From positions 249,980-313,979 of the forward strand of contig CASGEC010000001.1 in assembly GCA_949300365.1 (NCBI GenBank): DNA of 64,000 nt, in the 5' to 3' direction. The notes under the pieces are model-generated. The model saw nothing but the letters and a program-made list of their open reading frames with translations, was not told the origin of the DNA and did no database searches. The DNA comes from an uncultured Bacillota bacterium (GTDB lineage Bacteria > Bacillota_I > Bacilli_A > RFN20 > CAG-288). Below are positions 1 to 9,089 of this stretch, one piece after another. Position numbers and translations under genes: made by a program. Each line of letters begins with the position of its first letter. Within the stretch, counting starts at the first letter, position 1.

Positions 1-141
1 AGTCATTTCCTCAAGAATTCCGTTGAGCCTTTTGTCTTCCTTAAGGGCCTTCTTCAGGGCGAGGTAGCGCTTTGTCTCGGGAAGGTCGAGGAAGGCAGAA
101 AGGAGGCTATCGATCCTGCTTTCTAGCTCTTCCTCAGTCAT
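1..141 (-). CDS. YlbF/YmcA (RicA-like) family protein, first 47 codons only; gene continues past the window start
   Basis: Minus-strand ATG at 141 overlaps the miaB stop by 8 nt. Translation MTEEELESRIDSLLSAFLDLPETKRYLALKKALKEDKRLNGILEEM. Position after miaB matches B. subtilis ymcB-ymcA order. Confidence 0.45.
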   Translation of the reverse strand, partial: MTEEELESRIDSLLSAFLDLPETKRYLALKKALKEDKRLNGILEEMT

Positions 142-1588
142 TCACGATCTCCCCGACAAGTGAATAGGTATGGCTTTCGAGGATGCGGACCTTGCGGATC
201 TGTCCAATCAGGGAGACATCGCCTTTGACGTGGACGAGCTTTCCGTGGCGGTCGTATCCCGAGATGCGGCTTGGATCCTTGCGGGAGACGCTCTCGAAGA
301 GAACTTCCTGGATGGTATTGACCATCGTCTTGGCCTTTTCCTCGGAGAGTTTGTCGATGAGGTCCTTCAGGCGGTCGAAGCGTTCGTGCTTGACGTCCTC
401 GGGCGTATCGTCCTTCATCCTGCTTGCCGGCGTTCCCGGACGGGAGGAGAAGAGGAAGGTGAAGGCGCCGTCGAAGTGCGCTTCCTCACAGAGACTGAGC
501 GTCTGCTTAAAGTCTTCATCGGTCTCGCCGGGGAAGCCGACGATGATGTCCGTCGTCAGGTAGACATCCGGAAGCCTTTCTCTCAGGCTATGGACGATAT
601 CGAGGTATTCCTTCCTGGTATAGCGGCGGTTCATGCGCTTAAGGACCGCATCGGATCCGGATTGCATGGGAAGGTGGAGAGAAGGCATGACGTTGTCGTA
701 CTTGGCCATGACATCGAAGACCTGGTCGTTGAAGTCGGAGGGATAGGGGGTGGTGAAGCGGATGCGCTCGATCCCGGTCTGGGCCACGGCCTCCAGAAGG
801 TCAGCAAAGGCGTACTTGTCGCCGAAGTCCTTGCCGTAGGAGTCGACGTTCTGGCCAAGCAAGGTGACCTGCCTGTAGCCTTTTTCCTTGAGGAATCTCA
901 CTTCGTCAAGGATGTCTTCCTTCTTCCTGGAGCGTTCCTTTCCCCGGGTATAGGGGACGATGCAATAGGTGCAGAACTTGTCGCATCCATAGGCGATGTC
1001 GACAAAGGCGGTATAGCGGCTTGTCCTGCCGTTTGTGTCTTCCTCCGGGCTTTCGACAAGGGCCGTCGGCTGGGAGCGGACATCGACATAGGTGGCATGG
1101 GCCTTGATGCTCTCCTCGAGAAGGTCATAGAAGGCATCGATGTTGTTCGTCCCGAAGACGAGGGAGACAAAAGGGAAGTGGTTCAGGACATAACGGACGG
1201 GCTTTTCTTCCTGCATCACGCAACCGGAGATGGCGACGAATAGGTCTTTCCTTCTTAAGGCGATGCCCTTGACCTGGCCCAGTTCGCCATAGAGATGGTT
1301 TTCCGCGTTTTCGCGGATGGCGCAGGTGTTGAAGAGGATGAAATCGGCCTTCTCAAAATCATCGGTTTCCGTCATGCCCAAAAGAAGGAGCTTGTGACGG
1401 ATCATTTCGGAATCCCGGACATTGGCCTGGCAGCCGTAGGTTCTGATACAAAAAAGCTTTCCTTGTCCCCAAGAGACAAGAAAAGCATTTGGACGTATCT
1501 TTTCCCTCTTGAGAGGGAGATCCGGCTGAGGATTCCGCCAGGCCGCCTCCTTCAAGGAAGGAAGCGATACGAGACGGCAGTTCTTCAT
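134..1588 (-). CDS. miaB: tRNA-i6A37 methylthiotransferase MiaB (radical SAM)
   Basis: 484-aa ORF with N-terminal MTTase cluster region IRTYGCQANVRDSE, radical-SAM CxxxCxxC (YGCDKFCTYCIVP) and a C-terminal TRAM-like end. Confidence 0.9.
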   Translation of the reverse strand: MKNCRLVSLPSLKEAAWRNPQPDLPLKREKIRPNAFLVSWGQGKLFCIRTYGCQANVRDSEMIRHKLLLLGMTETDDFEKADFILFNTCAIRENAENHLYGELGQVKGIALRRKDLFVAISGCVMQEEKPVRYVLNHFPFVSLVFGTNNIDAFYDLLEESIKAHATYVDVRSQPTALVESPEEDTNGRTSRYTAFVDIAYGCDKFCTYCIVPYTRGKERSRKKEDILDEVRFLKEKGYRQVTLLGQNVDSYGKDFGDKYAFADLLEAVAQTGIERIRFTTPYPSDFNDQVFDVMAKYDNVMPSLHLPMQSGSDAVLKRMNRRYTRKEYLDIVHSLRERLPDVYLTTDIIVGFPGETDEDFKQTLSLCEEAHFDGAFTFLFSSRPGTPASRMKDDTPEDVKHERFDRLKDLIDKLSEEKAKTMVNTIQEVLFESVSRKDPSRISGYDRHGKLVHVKGDVSLIGQIRKVRILESHTYSLVGEIVND

Positions 1589-1594
1589 CGGGAT

Positions 1595-1942
1595 TTAGAG
1601 AGCTGCTTCGCCTTCGTGATGGGGGACGTCGCTGGAAACGGCGTGGGCAGGGTCGAACTCGACCTTGTGGATGTGAAGCATGATGGTCGTGACTTCCCTG
1701 TTCTCGGTCGCGGCAGGCTCGGAGAAGTTCTGCATAAGGAACTCCGGCTGGACGGCGATGTCGCTCGGGGTGGCATCATCCTTGAGGAACCTTCTGGCGA
1801 CGATGCAAGCCTTGATGGCCTGATTGAGGGCGCTGGCACCGACCAAGGAGATCTGGACTTCGCCTTCCTGACGGATGTTTCCGGCGATGGCACCGGCAAG
1901 CTTCTGAATCTGAGTGTTTCCGCTGGCTTTTAATGTGGTCAT
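1595..1942 (-). CDS. spoVS: SpoVS-family protein with C-terminal extension
   Basis: LKASGNTQIQKLAGAIAGNIR...LVGASALNQAIKACIVARRFL aligns by eye to the 86-aa B. subtilis SpoVS. It lies after ymdB as in Bacillus, and about 25 extra C-terminal residues are present. Confidence 0.8.
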   Translation of the reverse strand: MTTLKASGNTQIQKLAGAIAGNIRQEGEVQISLVGASALNQAIKACIVARRFLKDDATPSDIAVQPEFLMQNFSEPAATENREVTTIMLHIHKVEFDPAHAVSSDVPHHEGEAAL

Positions 1943-2021
1943 TTTAGATAAACCTCTTTCGAAATATTATTATACTATTTTCCAAAACCTTTACAAGAAA
2001 ATTAAAAGAAAAGGGGGACGC

Positions 2022-2831
2022 TCAGTCCCCGCTATCTTCCATCGTTTCGTTGATCAGGAGGAAATCCTTTGCCCGATGGGTATTCCTGTCGACATCGAAG
2101 CGGATGCCATTGACGAGCATCCTCCCCTTGCGGGGAACGTCAAACGCCACCGGAAGGCCTGTCATCGTGCGATAGATGGAGGCATCCTTGATCGTCCCGA
2201 GAACCGAATCGTAGGCCCCGTTCATGCCGGCATCGGTCAGGAAGAGAGTGCCCTTGGACAGGAGCTTGGCATCGTTTGTCTGGACGTGGGTGTGCGTTCC
2301 AAAGAGCGCCGTGATCTTTCCGTCGAACTGCTCGGCAAGGCAGCGCTTTTCCGCAGTCGCCTCGGCGTGGAAGTCGACGATGTGGATCGACTCGCCATTG
2401 TCTTCCTTGACGACCTTTTCCAGGTCGTAGAAGGGATTGCTCTGGCTCATGTTGATGAAGACGCGCCCGATGAGGTTGGTGACGCGGATCTTTATCCCCT
2501 GGACATCGAAGGTCATCGTTCCCTTGAGCGGACAGGCAGGATCGAAGTTCAAGGGACGGAGGGCACAAGGCATGGCGCACTTCGGATTGAAGCTATCCTT
2601 GGCGTTGAAGAAGTGGTTACCGCTTGTCAGACAATCGACGCCAGAGGAGAGAAGGAACTTGTAGTGCTCCAGGGAGAGGCCATGGCCATGGGTGGCGTTT
2701 TCGCCATTGGCGATGACAAAGTCGATCTCGTCCTTCTTCTTGTGGAGTTCAAGGTATTCCTTGACGGCTTTCCTTCCCAAAGGACCGACGATATCGCCCA
2801 GGAAAAGGATGCGGATACGATCACTTGGCAA
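2022..2831 (-). CDS. ymdB: YmdB-family metallophosphoesterase (2',3'-cyclic-nucleotide phosphodiesterase)
   Basis: RILFLGDIVG and ANGENATHGHG metallophosphoesterase motifs. Its start overlaps the rny stop, and the rny-ymdB order is conserved. Confidence 0.85.
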   Translation of the reverse strand: MPSDRIRILFLGDIVGPLGRKAVKEYLELHKKKDEIDFVIANGENATHGHGLSLEHYKFLLSSGVDCLTSGNHFFNAKDSFNPKCAMPCALRPLNFDPACPLKGTMTFDVQGIKIRVTNLIGRVFINMSQSNPFYDLEKVVKEDNGESIHIVDFHAEATAEKRCLAEQFDGKITALFGTHTHVQTNDAKLLSKGTLFLTDAGMNGAYDSVLGTIKDASIYRTMTGLPVAFDVPRKGRMLVNGIRFDVDRNTHRAKDFLLINETMEDSGD

Positions 2832-4431
2832 CTTGGATGGCCCTCGTTTCGCGGATGACGGAGATCTTTATCTGGCCCGGGAACTGCATCTCATTCTCGA
2901 TGCGGTCGCGGATGTTGATGGCCATCGCCTTGGCATCGTCGTCGGAAACCTTTTCCGGAACGACCATGACGCGGACATCCCTTCCCGACTGGAGGGCATA
3001 GCTTGTCTGGACGCCATCGAAGCTCTTGCAGATGGTCTCGATCTGCTCGAGTCTCTTGATGTAGGTCTCCAGAGTCTCGCTTCGGGCACCTGGACGGGCG
3101 GCAGAGAGGGTATCGGCGGCCTGGACAAGCTCGCTGATGAGGTATCTCTTGGGAGCGTCGCCATGGTGGGACTCGATGGCGTTGATGACTGGATCGGGCT
3201 CGTTGAACTTCTTGGCAAGCTGGCTTCCAAGCTGGACGTGGCTTCCTTCCTGCTCGGCATCGATTGCCTTGCCGATATCGTGGAGAAGGCCGGCCCTCTT
3301 GGCCATGACGGGATCCAGACCCAGTTCGCTTGCCATGACGGAGGAGAGATAGGCGACCTGGATGGAGTGATCCAAGACGTTCTGGCCATAGGATGAGCGG
3401 TACTTCAGGCGGCCGATGTAGGGAAGAAGACCGCCGGAGATGCGCGGAAGGCCGAGCTTGAAGACCGTCTGTTCGCCGATGCGGCGCAGGGTGTCGTCAA
3501 ACTCCGTGGAGATGCGCTTGTAGAGATCCTCGATGCGTCCGGGCTGGATGCGGCCGTCCTTGATGAGGGCCTCGAGGGTGAGCTTGGCCTTCTCCCTGCG
3601 GATCGGGTCGAAGCAGGAGCAGGTGATGGTTTCGGGCGTATCGTCGATGATGAGGGAGACACCGAAGATCTGTTCCATCGACTTGATGTTGCGTCCTTCG
3701 CGGCCGATGATGCGGCCCTTCATCTCGTCGGAAGGCAAAGCGACCGTCGAGGAGGAGTGCTCGGTCGTGACGTCCTGGGCATACTTGTCCATCGCAAAGG
3801 CGAGCATGGCCTTGGCCTTGTCCTGGACCTGGCTTTCGGCTTCCTCTTCCATCTGCTCGCGATAGAGGGCGATGCGCTTGGCTTCCTTGACCTCGACCTT
3901 GGCAAGGAGTTCCTTCTTGGCCTCCTCTTCCGTCAGGTTGGCGACTCTTTCCAGTTCCTTGTCGAGGGATTCCTCCTTGGCAACATAGGCCTTTTCCTTT
4001 TCGGCGAGTTCGTTTTCCTTCTGGGAAAGGGCGTCTTCCCGGCTTTCGAGGGCGTTTCTCTTCTGGTCGATGACATCCTCCCTCTGGATGATCACGTCCT
4101 CCCTCTTGTCGAGGGCGCTCTCCCTTTGGTCGAGCTTGTTCTCGTTCTGGAGGATCTGTTTCTTCCGCTCGCTGATGTCCTTTTCGGCATTCCGCAAGAG
4201 CTCTTCCTTCTCGGCCTTTCCCTCAAGCTTTGCGCTCTCGAGAAGCCTTTCCGCCTTGTCCTTGGCATTCTCAAGGATCTTCTCGCTTTCGCGGAGGGCG
4301 GAATCCTTGCGGCGCTTGAGGATGAAGTAGGTGACAAGACCTGCGGCAAGGGCACCGACGATAAGGCAGACGATACCGGAAATGAGGCCGACGATGATGC
4401 TTTCGTTCATAGGCAAGTCCTTTCTTGGCAC
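2821..4431 (-). CDS. rny: Ribonuclease Y
   Basis: N-terminal TM helix, long K/E-rich coiled coil, KH motif (GRIIGREGRNI) and HD domain (LLHDIGKA). 536 aa. Confidence 0.95.
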   Translation of the reverse strand: MPRKDLPMNESIIVGLISGIVCLIVGALAAGLVTYFILKRRKDSALRESEKILENAKDKAERLLESAKLEGKAEKEELLRNAEKDISERKKQILQNENKLDQRESALDKREDVIIQREDVIDQKRNALESREDALSQKENELAEKEKAYVAKEESLDKELERVANLTEEEAKKELLAKVEVKEAKRIALYREQMEEEAESQVQDKAKAMLAFAMDKYAQDVTTEHSSSTVALPSDEMKGRIIGREGRNIKSMEQIFGVSLIIDDTPETITCSCFDPIRREKAKLTLEALIKDGRIQPGRIEDLYKRISTEFDDTLRRIGEQTVFKLGLPRISGGLLPYIGRLKYRSSYGQNVLDHSIQVAYLSSVMASELGLDPVMAKRAGLLHDIGKAIDAEQEGSHVQLGSQLAKKFNEPDPVINAIESHHGDAPKRYLISELVQAADTLSAARPGARSETLETYIKRLEQIETICKSFDGVQTSYALQSGRDVRVMVVPEKVSDDDAKAMAINIRDRIENEMQFPGQIKISVIRETRAIQVAK

Positions 4432-4494
4432 ATTCCAAAAAATTGAGTCCCTGTGCCATGGGAACGATTCTCTAGGAAAAGATTTTGATGACCG

Positions 4495-4524
4495 ACTCTA
4501 TCTGAAAACGGAGTTCTGTGTCAA
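4495..4524 (-). promoter_or_regulatory. Candidate sigma-A promoter for rny (TTGACA-18-TAGAGT) with an upstream A/T tract
   Basis: Minus strand reads ttgaca cagaactccgttttcaga tagagt, preceded by tgatataaaagaatttttt. This would leave a 5' UTR of roughly 60 nt. Confidence 0.4.
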
Positions 4525-4679
4525 AAAATTCTTTTATATCAAAAATACAAGCCGAGAAACCTGTATCGATAGATATTATAAACGAAAAGAAGCAAAGGGG
4601 CAGCCAAAAAATCGGCAAGAAGCAAATTGGCCTGACGGCCCTTGCCTTTTGTTTGGAGAGACATTCTTTCCGGGCAAGG

Positions 4680-4703
4680 AAAAAGGGTCGCCATAAGCGA
4701 CCC
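4680..4703 (-). terminator. Rho-independent terminator after recA
   Basis: Minus strand gggtcgc-ttatg-gcgaccc followed by ttttt, starting 6 nt after the recA stop. Confidence 0.75.
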
Positions 4704-4708
4704 GAGTC

Positions 4709-5755
4709 TTATTGTTCCTGGACTTTCTTTCCGGAGAGACGATCCTTGACAACCTGCTCAATCTCCGCTTTCTTTTCCGGGTTGGCATTGAAGAAATCAT
4801 AGACGGAAGTGATACCTTGTCCCAGTCTTTCGCCTTGATAGCTAAACCACGAACCGCTCTTTTCGACGATGTTGTAGTCGACCGCAAGCTGGGCGAGCTC
4901 GTTATCGTGGCTGATGCCCTTTCCGAAGATGAGGGAGATCTTGCAGGAGCGGTAGGGCGGGGCGACCTTGTTCTTGACGACCTTGACGTTGACGATGTTT
5001 CCGATGTACTTGTCGCCTTCCTTGATCTGCTCGCCGCGACGGATCTCGATGCGGATGGTCGCATAGAACTTCAAGGCCCGTCCGCCGGTCGTCGTCTCGG
5101 GATTGCCGTACATGACGCCGACTTTTTCGCGCAGCTGGTTGATGAAGATGACGGTGCAGCTTGTCTTGGAGAGGATGCCGGCAAGCTTTCTTAGGGCCTT
5201 GGACATAAGCCGGGCCTGAAGGCCGACGCTGGAATCCTCAAAGGTGCCTTCCAGTTCCGCCTTGGGGACCAGGGCCGCGACGGAGTCGACGACGATCAGG
5301 TCGATGGCATTGGACTTGGCAAGCATGTCGACGATCTCCAGTGCCTGTTCGCCGTAGTCGGGCTGGGAGAGGATGAGCTCGTCGATGTTGACGCCGAGGG
5401 TCTTGGCATAGTCGGGATCGATCGCGTGTTCGGCATCGATGAAGGCGCAGCGTCCGCCGACCTCCTGGGCCTGGGCGATGGCCTCAAGGGCGAGGGTCGT
5501 CTTTCCGGAGGATTCCGGACCATAGATCTCGATGATCCTTCCCTTGGGATAGCCCCCGACGCCGAGAGCCGCATCCAGAAGGAGGGAACCGGAATTGATG
5601 ACGCGGACGTCCTTTTCCGGGCTTTCGCCCATCTTCATGATGATGCCCTTGTCGTTGTAGTAGTTCCGGATCTCCCGCAATGTCGCCTCGACGGCCTTGT
5701 CGGTGTCGATGGCAGCTGTCGTCTTCTTCTCGACTTCCTTGGTTTTCTTTTCCAT
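4709..5755 (-). CDS. recA: Recombinase RecA
   Basis: Walker [10 protein letters not shown] and full-length RecA similarity. The track start at 5773 is a GTG inside an AAGGAG SD that serves the ATG at 5755. Confidence 0.97.
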   Translation of the reverse strand: MEKKTKEVEKKTTAAIDTDKAVEATLREIRNYYNDKGIIMKMGESPEKDVRVINSGSLLLDAALGVGGYPKGRIIEIYGPESSGKTTLALEAIAQAQEVGGRCAFIDAEHAIDPDYAKTLGVNIDELILSQPDYGEQALEIVDMLAKSNAIDLIVVDSVAALVPKAELEGTFEDSSVGLQARLMSKALRKLAGILSKTSCTVIFINQLREKVGVMYGNPETTTGGRALKFYATIRIEIRRGEQIKEGDKYIGNIVNVKVVKNKVAPPYRSCKISLIFGKGISHDNELAQLAVDYNIVEKSGSWFSYQGERLGQGITSVYDFFNANPEKKAEIEQVVKDRLSGKKVQEQ

Positions 5756-5806
5756 GGGATTGTTCTCCTTCACTATATCTTTGGTTGCAATGGCGGGAAA
5801 GCAAAC

Positions 5807-6268
5807 CTATTCCCCGATTTTCTCCATGATCTTCGCAAAGGCGAAGTCGATGAGCTGTCTTCGGATCGTGTCGCGATCGCCTTTGAGATCCAGGCGGTAG
5901 CCATAGTAGTTCTCTCTGACCTTGATGCCGACATAGACAAGGCCGACGGGCTTTTCCTCGTCTGCCGTCGGTCCGGCATTGCCGGTGAAGCTGATGGCGA
6001 CATCGCTCTGGAAGAGGGCGGAGGCGGCAAGGCACATCTCCTTGGCACACTCGGCGCTGATGGCACCATGGCTTTCAAGCGTTTCCTTGCGGACACCGAA
6101 CTTTTCCTTGGCCGCGTTGCAATAGGTGACAAGGCTTCCTCTAAAGACCTTGCTGGCACCGGGAATGGCGGTGAAGAAGGCGGAGAAGAGACCGCCTGTC
6201 AGGCTCTCCATGGCAGAGAGGGTCATGTTCTTGCTGACAAGCCGGTCGAGAAGATCCTTGGCTTCCAT
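5807..6268 (-). CDS. pncC: CinA C-terminal domain protein / nicotinamide-nucleotide amidohydrolase PncC
   Basis: 153 aa containing ESLTGGL and a CinA-C-like sequence. It occupies the cinA position between pgsA and recA. No N-terminal MoCF domain is present. Confidence 0.8.
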   Translation of the reverse strand: MEAKDLLDRLVSKNMTLSAMESLTGGLFSAFFTAIPGASKVFRGSLVTYCNAAKEKFGVRKETLESHGAISAECAKEMCLAASALFQSDVAISFTGNAGPTADEEKPVGLVYVGIKVRENYYGYRLDLKGDRDTIRRQLIDFAFAKIMEKIGE

Positions 6269-6269
6269 G

Positions 6270-6908
6270 CTATTTGTCTCCTTTCAGGACGTTCTTGTTC
6301 TGGATGAAATAGATCGCTCCGGAGAGAAGGGAGGCAAGAAGGGCGATAGCGGCCAGGACATTGGTAATCACATAAATGTATTGGAAGTTTCCCATTCCCT
6401 TGAGGTCGAAGTAGTTGAAGGGGAAGCCGTTGAGGAAGAGAATCGGGATGACGATCATCTGCAGGACGGTCTTGAGCTTTCCATAGGCATTGGCAGCCAG
6501 GACCTTCCCCTTGCTTGTGGCGACCATCCTCAGGCCATCGACGGCAAGATCCCTACCGATGAAGAGGACCGGAATCAAGGGGAAGAGGAGGAAGTTTCCG
6601 TCGGCGGTCATCTTCGTCGAGAGGAGGACGAGGGCGGAATCCACCAGGAACTTGTCGGCCAAGGGATCCATGAACTTGCCAAAGTCGGTGACGAGGTTGC
6701 GCGATCTTGCCATGTGGCCATCGATGGAGTCGCTGATGGCGGCAAGGACGAAGATGACGGCGCTGACAAGGTCGATCCAGGAAAAGCCCGTCGTCCCCAG
6801 CTTCGGCGCAAAGCTTTCCGCGTTGGGGAGGAAGGAAAGGCAATAGACGATGATCAGGACGAAGGTCATCAAGAAGCGTCCGATCGTGATTTTATTGGGT
6901 GTATTCAT
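6270..6908 (-). CDS. pgsA: CDP-diacylglycerol-glycerol-3-phosphate 3-phosphatidyltransferase
   Basis: CDP-alcohol phosphatidyltransferase motif in SDSIDGHMARSRNLVTDFGKFMDPLADK, with a multi-TM profile. Confidence 0.9.
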   Translation of the reverse strand: MNTPNKITIGRFLMTFVLIIVYCLSFLPNAESFAPKLGTTGFSWIDLVSAVIFVLAAISDSIDGHMARSRNLVTDFGKFMDPLADKFLVDSALVLLSTKMTADGNFLLFPLIPVLFIGRDLAVDGLRMVATSKGKVLAANAYGKLKTVLQMIVIPILFLNGFPFNYFDLKGMGNFQYIYVITNVLAAIALLASLLSGAIYFIQNKNVLKGDK

Positions 6909-6919
6909 TTTTTACCTCA

Positions 6920-7263
6920 GATGCCGACCTTGTAAGCCATGTTATGTCGAGGATGACAATTTATCTAGGCTTTCGCCTGCCCCTTCCGGTTCATTTCCCG
7001 GTCGGTGCTTCCCTTACCAAAATTTAGGTTTCTCGCTTGCGGGGCTTTCCAACGTTGCATTCCCCTGGTTTCCCAGGGTTTCGTCACTGTGGAGCCTTAG
7101 GGAAGAGACATCCTGCCGTGAGGTTTAGATTCCCTTCCGCCGTCTTGGTTTCCCAAGCCCAAAGTTATTTTTTCCTTTGGCACAGGCACTGCTCTCATCG
7201 CAGAGGGCGCGAGCATGGACTTTCCTCGAGGATAAAGATCCCTGCAGTCATCCGGGCCGGCCC
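6920..7263 (-). ncRNA. rnpB: RNase P RNA (rnpB), Bacillus-like type B; ends approximate
   Basis: The minus strand contains GAGGAAAGTCCATGCTCGC, CCACAGTGACGAA, GCGAGAAACCTAAATTTTGGTAAGGGAA and ACATAACATGGCTTACA. These match conserved blocks of B. subtilis RNase P RNA. P1 pairing is gCCGGCC/GGTCGGc. A TATAAT lies at 7268-7273. Confidence 0.85.
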
Positions 7264-7324
7264 TATCATTATACTTGTTTTCTTCGCAAAGGAGAGGACT
7301 TCAACGCGAAAAGGAAGAAAAAAG

Positions 7325-7687
7325 TCAGTTGATGGCGGTGGGGTTGATTCCGGCCTTTGCAAGGGCCTTTTCCAAGGCGGAGATACGCTTGAGGAGCTCG
7401 AGATTGTTGATGGCCGCATCGGCGTTCTTGGCGATGCCGGAAAGCTTGTTCTTCAACGAGGCGTTTTCCGTCTGCAGCTCCTGGAGGGAGGCCTTCAGGA
7501 GGTCGATCCTGTTTTTGAGGTCCTCGATCTCCTTCTGGCTTTCCTTGAGGTAGAGCTCGAAGCTTTCGTAGTCCTTGATGACGATGTCCAGGAAGGTATC
7601 GACCTGAAGGGAGTCGTATCCCGGTTTCGTTCCCGTGAATTCCTTGTGGTAGATCTTGTTGGCGTCCAAGCGCAGTTTGATATCCAT
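7325..7687 (-). CDS. gpsB: Cell-cycle protein GpsB (DivIVA-domain)
   Basis: N-terminus KEFTGTKPGYDSLQVDTFLDIVIKDYESF and C-terminus LELLKRISALEKAL match GpsB signatures. 120 aa. Confidence 0.85.
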   Translation of the reverse strand: MDIKLRLDANKIYHKEFTGTKPGYDSLQVDTFLDIVIKDYESFELYLKESQKEIEDLKNRIDLLKASLQELQTENASLKNKLSGIAKNADAAINNLELLKRISALEKALAKAGINPTAIN

Positions 7688-7830
7688 GTTTCTTTGCCTT
7701 CTTTTCTCTATGCCATTATAAGGTTTTCCTTAAGGCTGAAAAAGTGGAAGAGAACTTCTTTTCTCCCGAGTGACGGCAAACGTCTTCCAAAAGGCTTCCA
7801 TGGATGAAAACAATTTCTTTATTTAATTAT

Positions 7831-7864
7831 TTGAAAATGCGCAATTTGTGCTATAATGGACAAA
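7831..7864 (+). promoter_or_regulatory. marR-operon promoter (extended -10, TGcTATAAT) with overlapping inverted repeat TTTGTGC-N6-GGACAAA
   Basis: ttgaaa at 7831-7836, TG at 7849-7850, tataat at 7852-7857. The 7-bp arms (6/7 complementary) at 7845-7851 and 7858-7864 flank the -10 hexamer. Confidence 0.5.
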
Positions 7865-7879
7865 AAGAGGGAGGAATAA

Positions 7880-8362
7880 ATGATAACGAATCCTTTCCAG
7901 GGCCTTGTCGTGACCGAGGCCATGAAGTCGAAGGTCCAAAGGCTGACCACGTATCTTGACCGTGTCTTTGCCAACGGCTCCTTGAATATCTTCGCACCCC
8001 TGATGCAGACAGACTACCGCATCTTGATGCACCTCAACCGGAATCCCGGCTCCCATCCGTCGATCATGGCCGATGCCCTCAACATCACCCGTCCCAACAT
8101 CGCGGCCAATCTCAGGATTCTTGAGGAAAAGCAGTTCATCCGAAGGGAGATGGATCCGCACAACAGGCGCCAGATCTATGTCTATATCACCGAGATCGGC
8201 AAGGAGCATCTCCAGCGCATCAGCCATCAGCTCGACTATCTCTTTGCCTGCTGGCTTTCCCTTCTCGGGGAGGAGGAGACGGAACACCTTTTCCACATCT
8301 TGGAGATATCCTCCGATCCGAAGAACATCACTGCCGACCTGAGGAAGCTGACCCTTGGCTGA
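7880..8362 (+). CDS. MarR-family transcriptional regulator
   Basis: 160 aa with a winged-HTH region ILMHLNRNPGSHPSIMADALNITRPNIAANLRILEEKQFIRREMDPHNRRQIYVYITEIG. Confidence 0.85.
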   Translation: MITNPFQGLVVTEAMKSKVQRLTTYLDRVFANGSLNIFAPLMQTDYRILMHLNRNPGSHPSIMADALNITRPNIAANLRILEEKQFIRREMDPHNRRQIYVYITEIGKEHLQRISHQLDYLFACWLSLLGEEETEHLFHILEISSDPKNITADLRKLTLG

Positions 8363-9089
8363 GAAGGATTTCCCGATCCTGGGAAAAAGAATCCGGGATG
8401 CCGACATTCTTGTCTTCTTCGATTTCGAGGCGACCGAATACACGCACCGTGCCATCGCCTTGGGAATCGTCGCCTACGAGAAGAAACCCGGGGAACTTGT
8501 GCCTGGAAAAGAAGCCTTCCGCTATCGCCGGCTGATAAAGACGTCCGATCCTATCGGCCCGATTGTGGAATCGATGACGGGAATCACCTCCGATAGGCTT
8601 CAAAGCGAGGGCGTTTCCTTTTCCTCCTGTCTCAAGGAAGTCATCAATCTCTGCCGCAGGAGCAAGAGCAAGGCCTATCTTTCCTATTCCTACATGGACA
8701 TGAAGATCCTCCGCTGTTCCATCGGCGAGGAATCCTTCGAGCTGGACTTCTTCCGCCATGTCCACAAGTCCTATGTCGATCTCCACGACTATCTTTCCCA
8801 TTTCCTTGTCGACGAGAGAGGGCAGTCCCTTTCGATACCAAAGCTCCTAAAAAGGCTTTCCATCGACTTTGAAGGCGAAAGGCATGATCCTTTCTACGAT
8901 TCCCTGGCCTTGGCCGAGATCTACAGGAAGATCGTGACGGAGAAGTCTCTTTTCCTTGAGGAGATTCTCAAAAGCTATGAGGCAAACAGGAGGCTTGACG
9001 ATGTCGACCATGCCTTGGCATGCCGCCTAGCCAAAAAGGAAACGGCAAGCCGAAAAGACCTTCTCGACCTTTTGGAGGAAAGGATATGA
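8355..9089 (+). CDS. DEDDh-type 3'-5' exonuclease family protein
   Basis: Exo I motif FFDFEATE, and H-x4-D in ERHDPFYDSLA. The TTG start overlaps the marR stop. No in-frame ATG precedes the Exo I motif. Confidence 0.65.
   Translation: MAEKDFPILGKRIRDADILVFFDFEATEYTHRAIALGIVAYEKKPGELVPGKEAFRYRRLIKTSDPIGPIVESMTGITSDRLQSEGVSFSSCLKEVINLCRRSKSKAYLSYSYMDMKILRCSIGEESFELDFFRHVHKSYVDLHDYLSHFLVDERGQSLSIPKLLKRLSIDFEGERHDPFYDSLALAEIYRKIVTEKSLFLEEILKSYEANRRLDDVDHALACRLAKKETASRKDLLDLLEERI

Noticed and set aside
6850-7807. ORFs at 6850-7128, 7037-7807 and 7195-7419 in the pgsA-gpsB gap.
   Set aside because: The region is occupied by the RNase P RNA gene and by gpsB on the other strand. The predicted peptides are Cys/Arg/Pro-rich nonsense.
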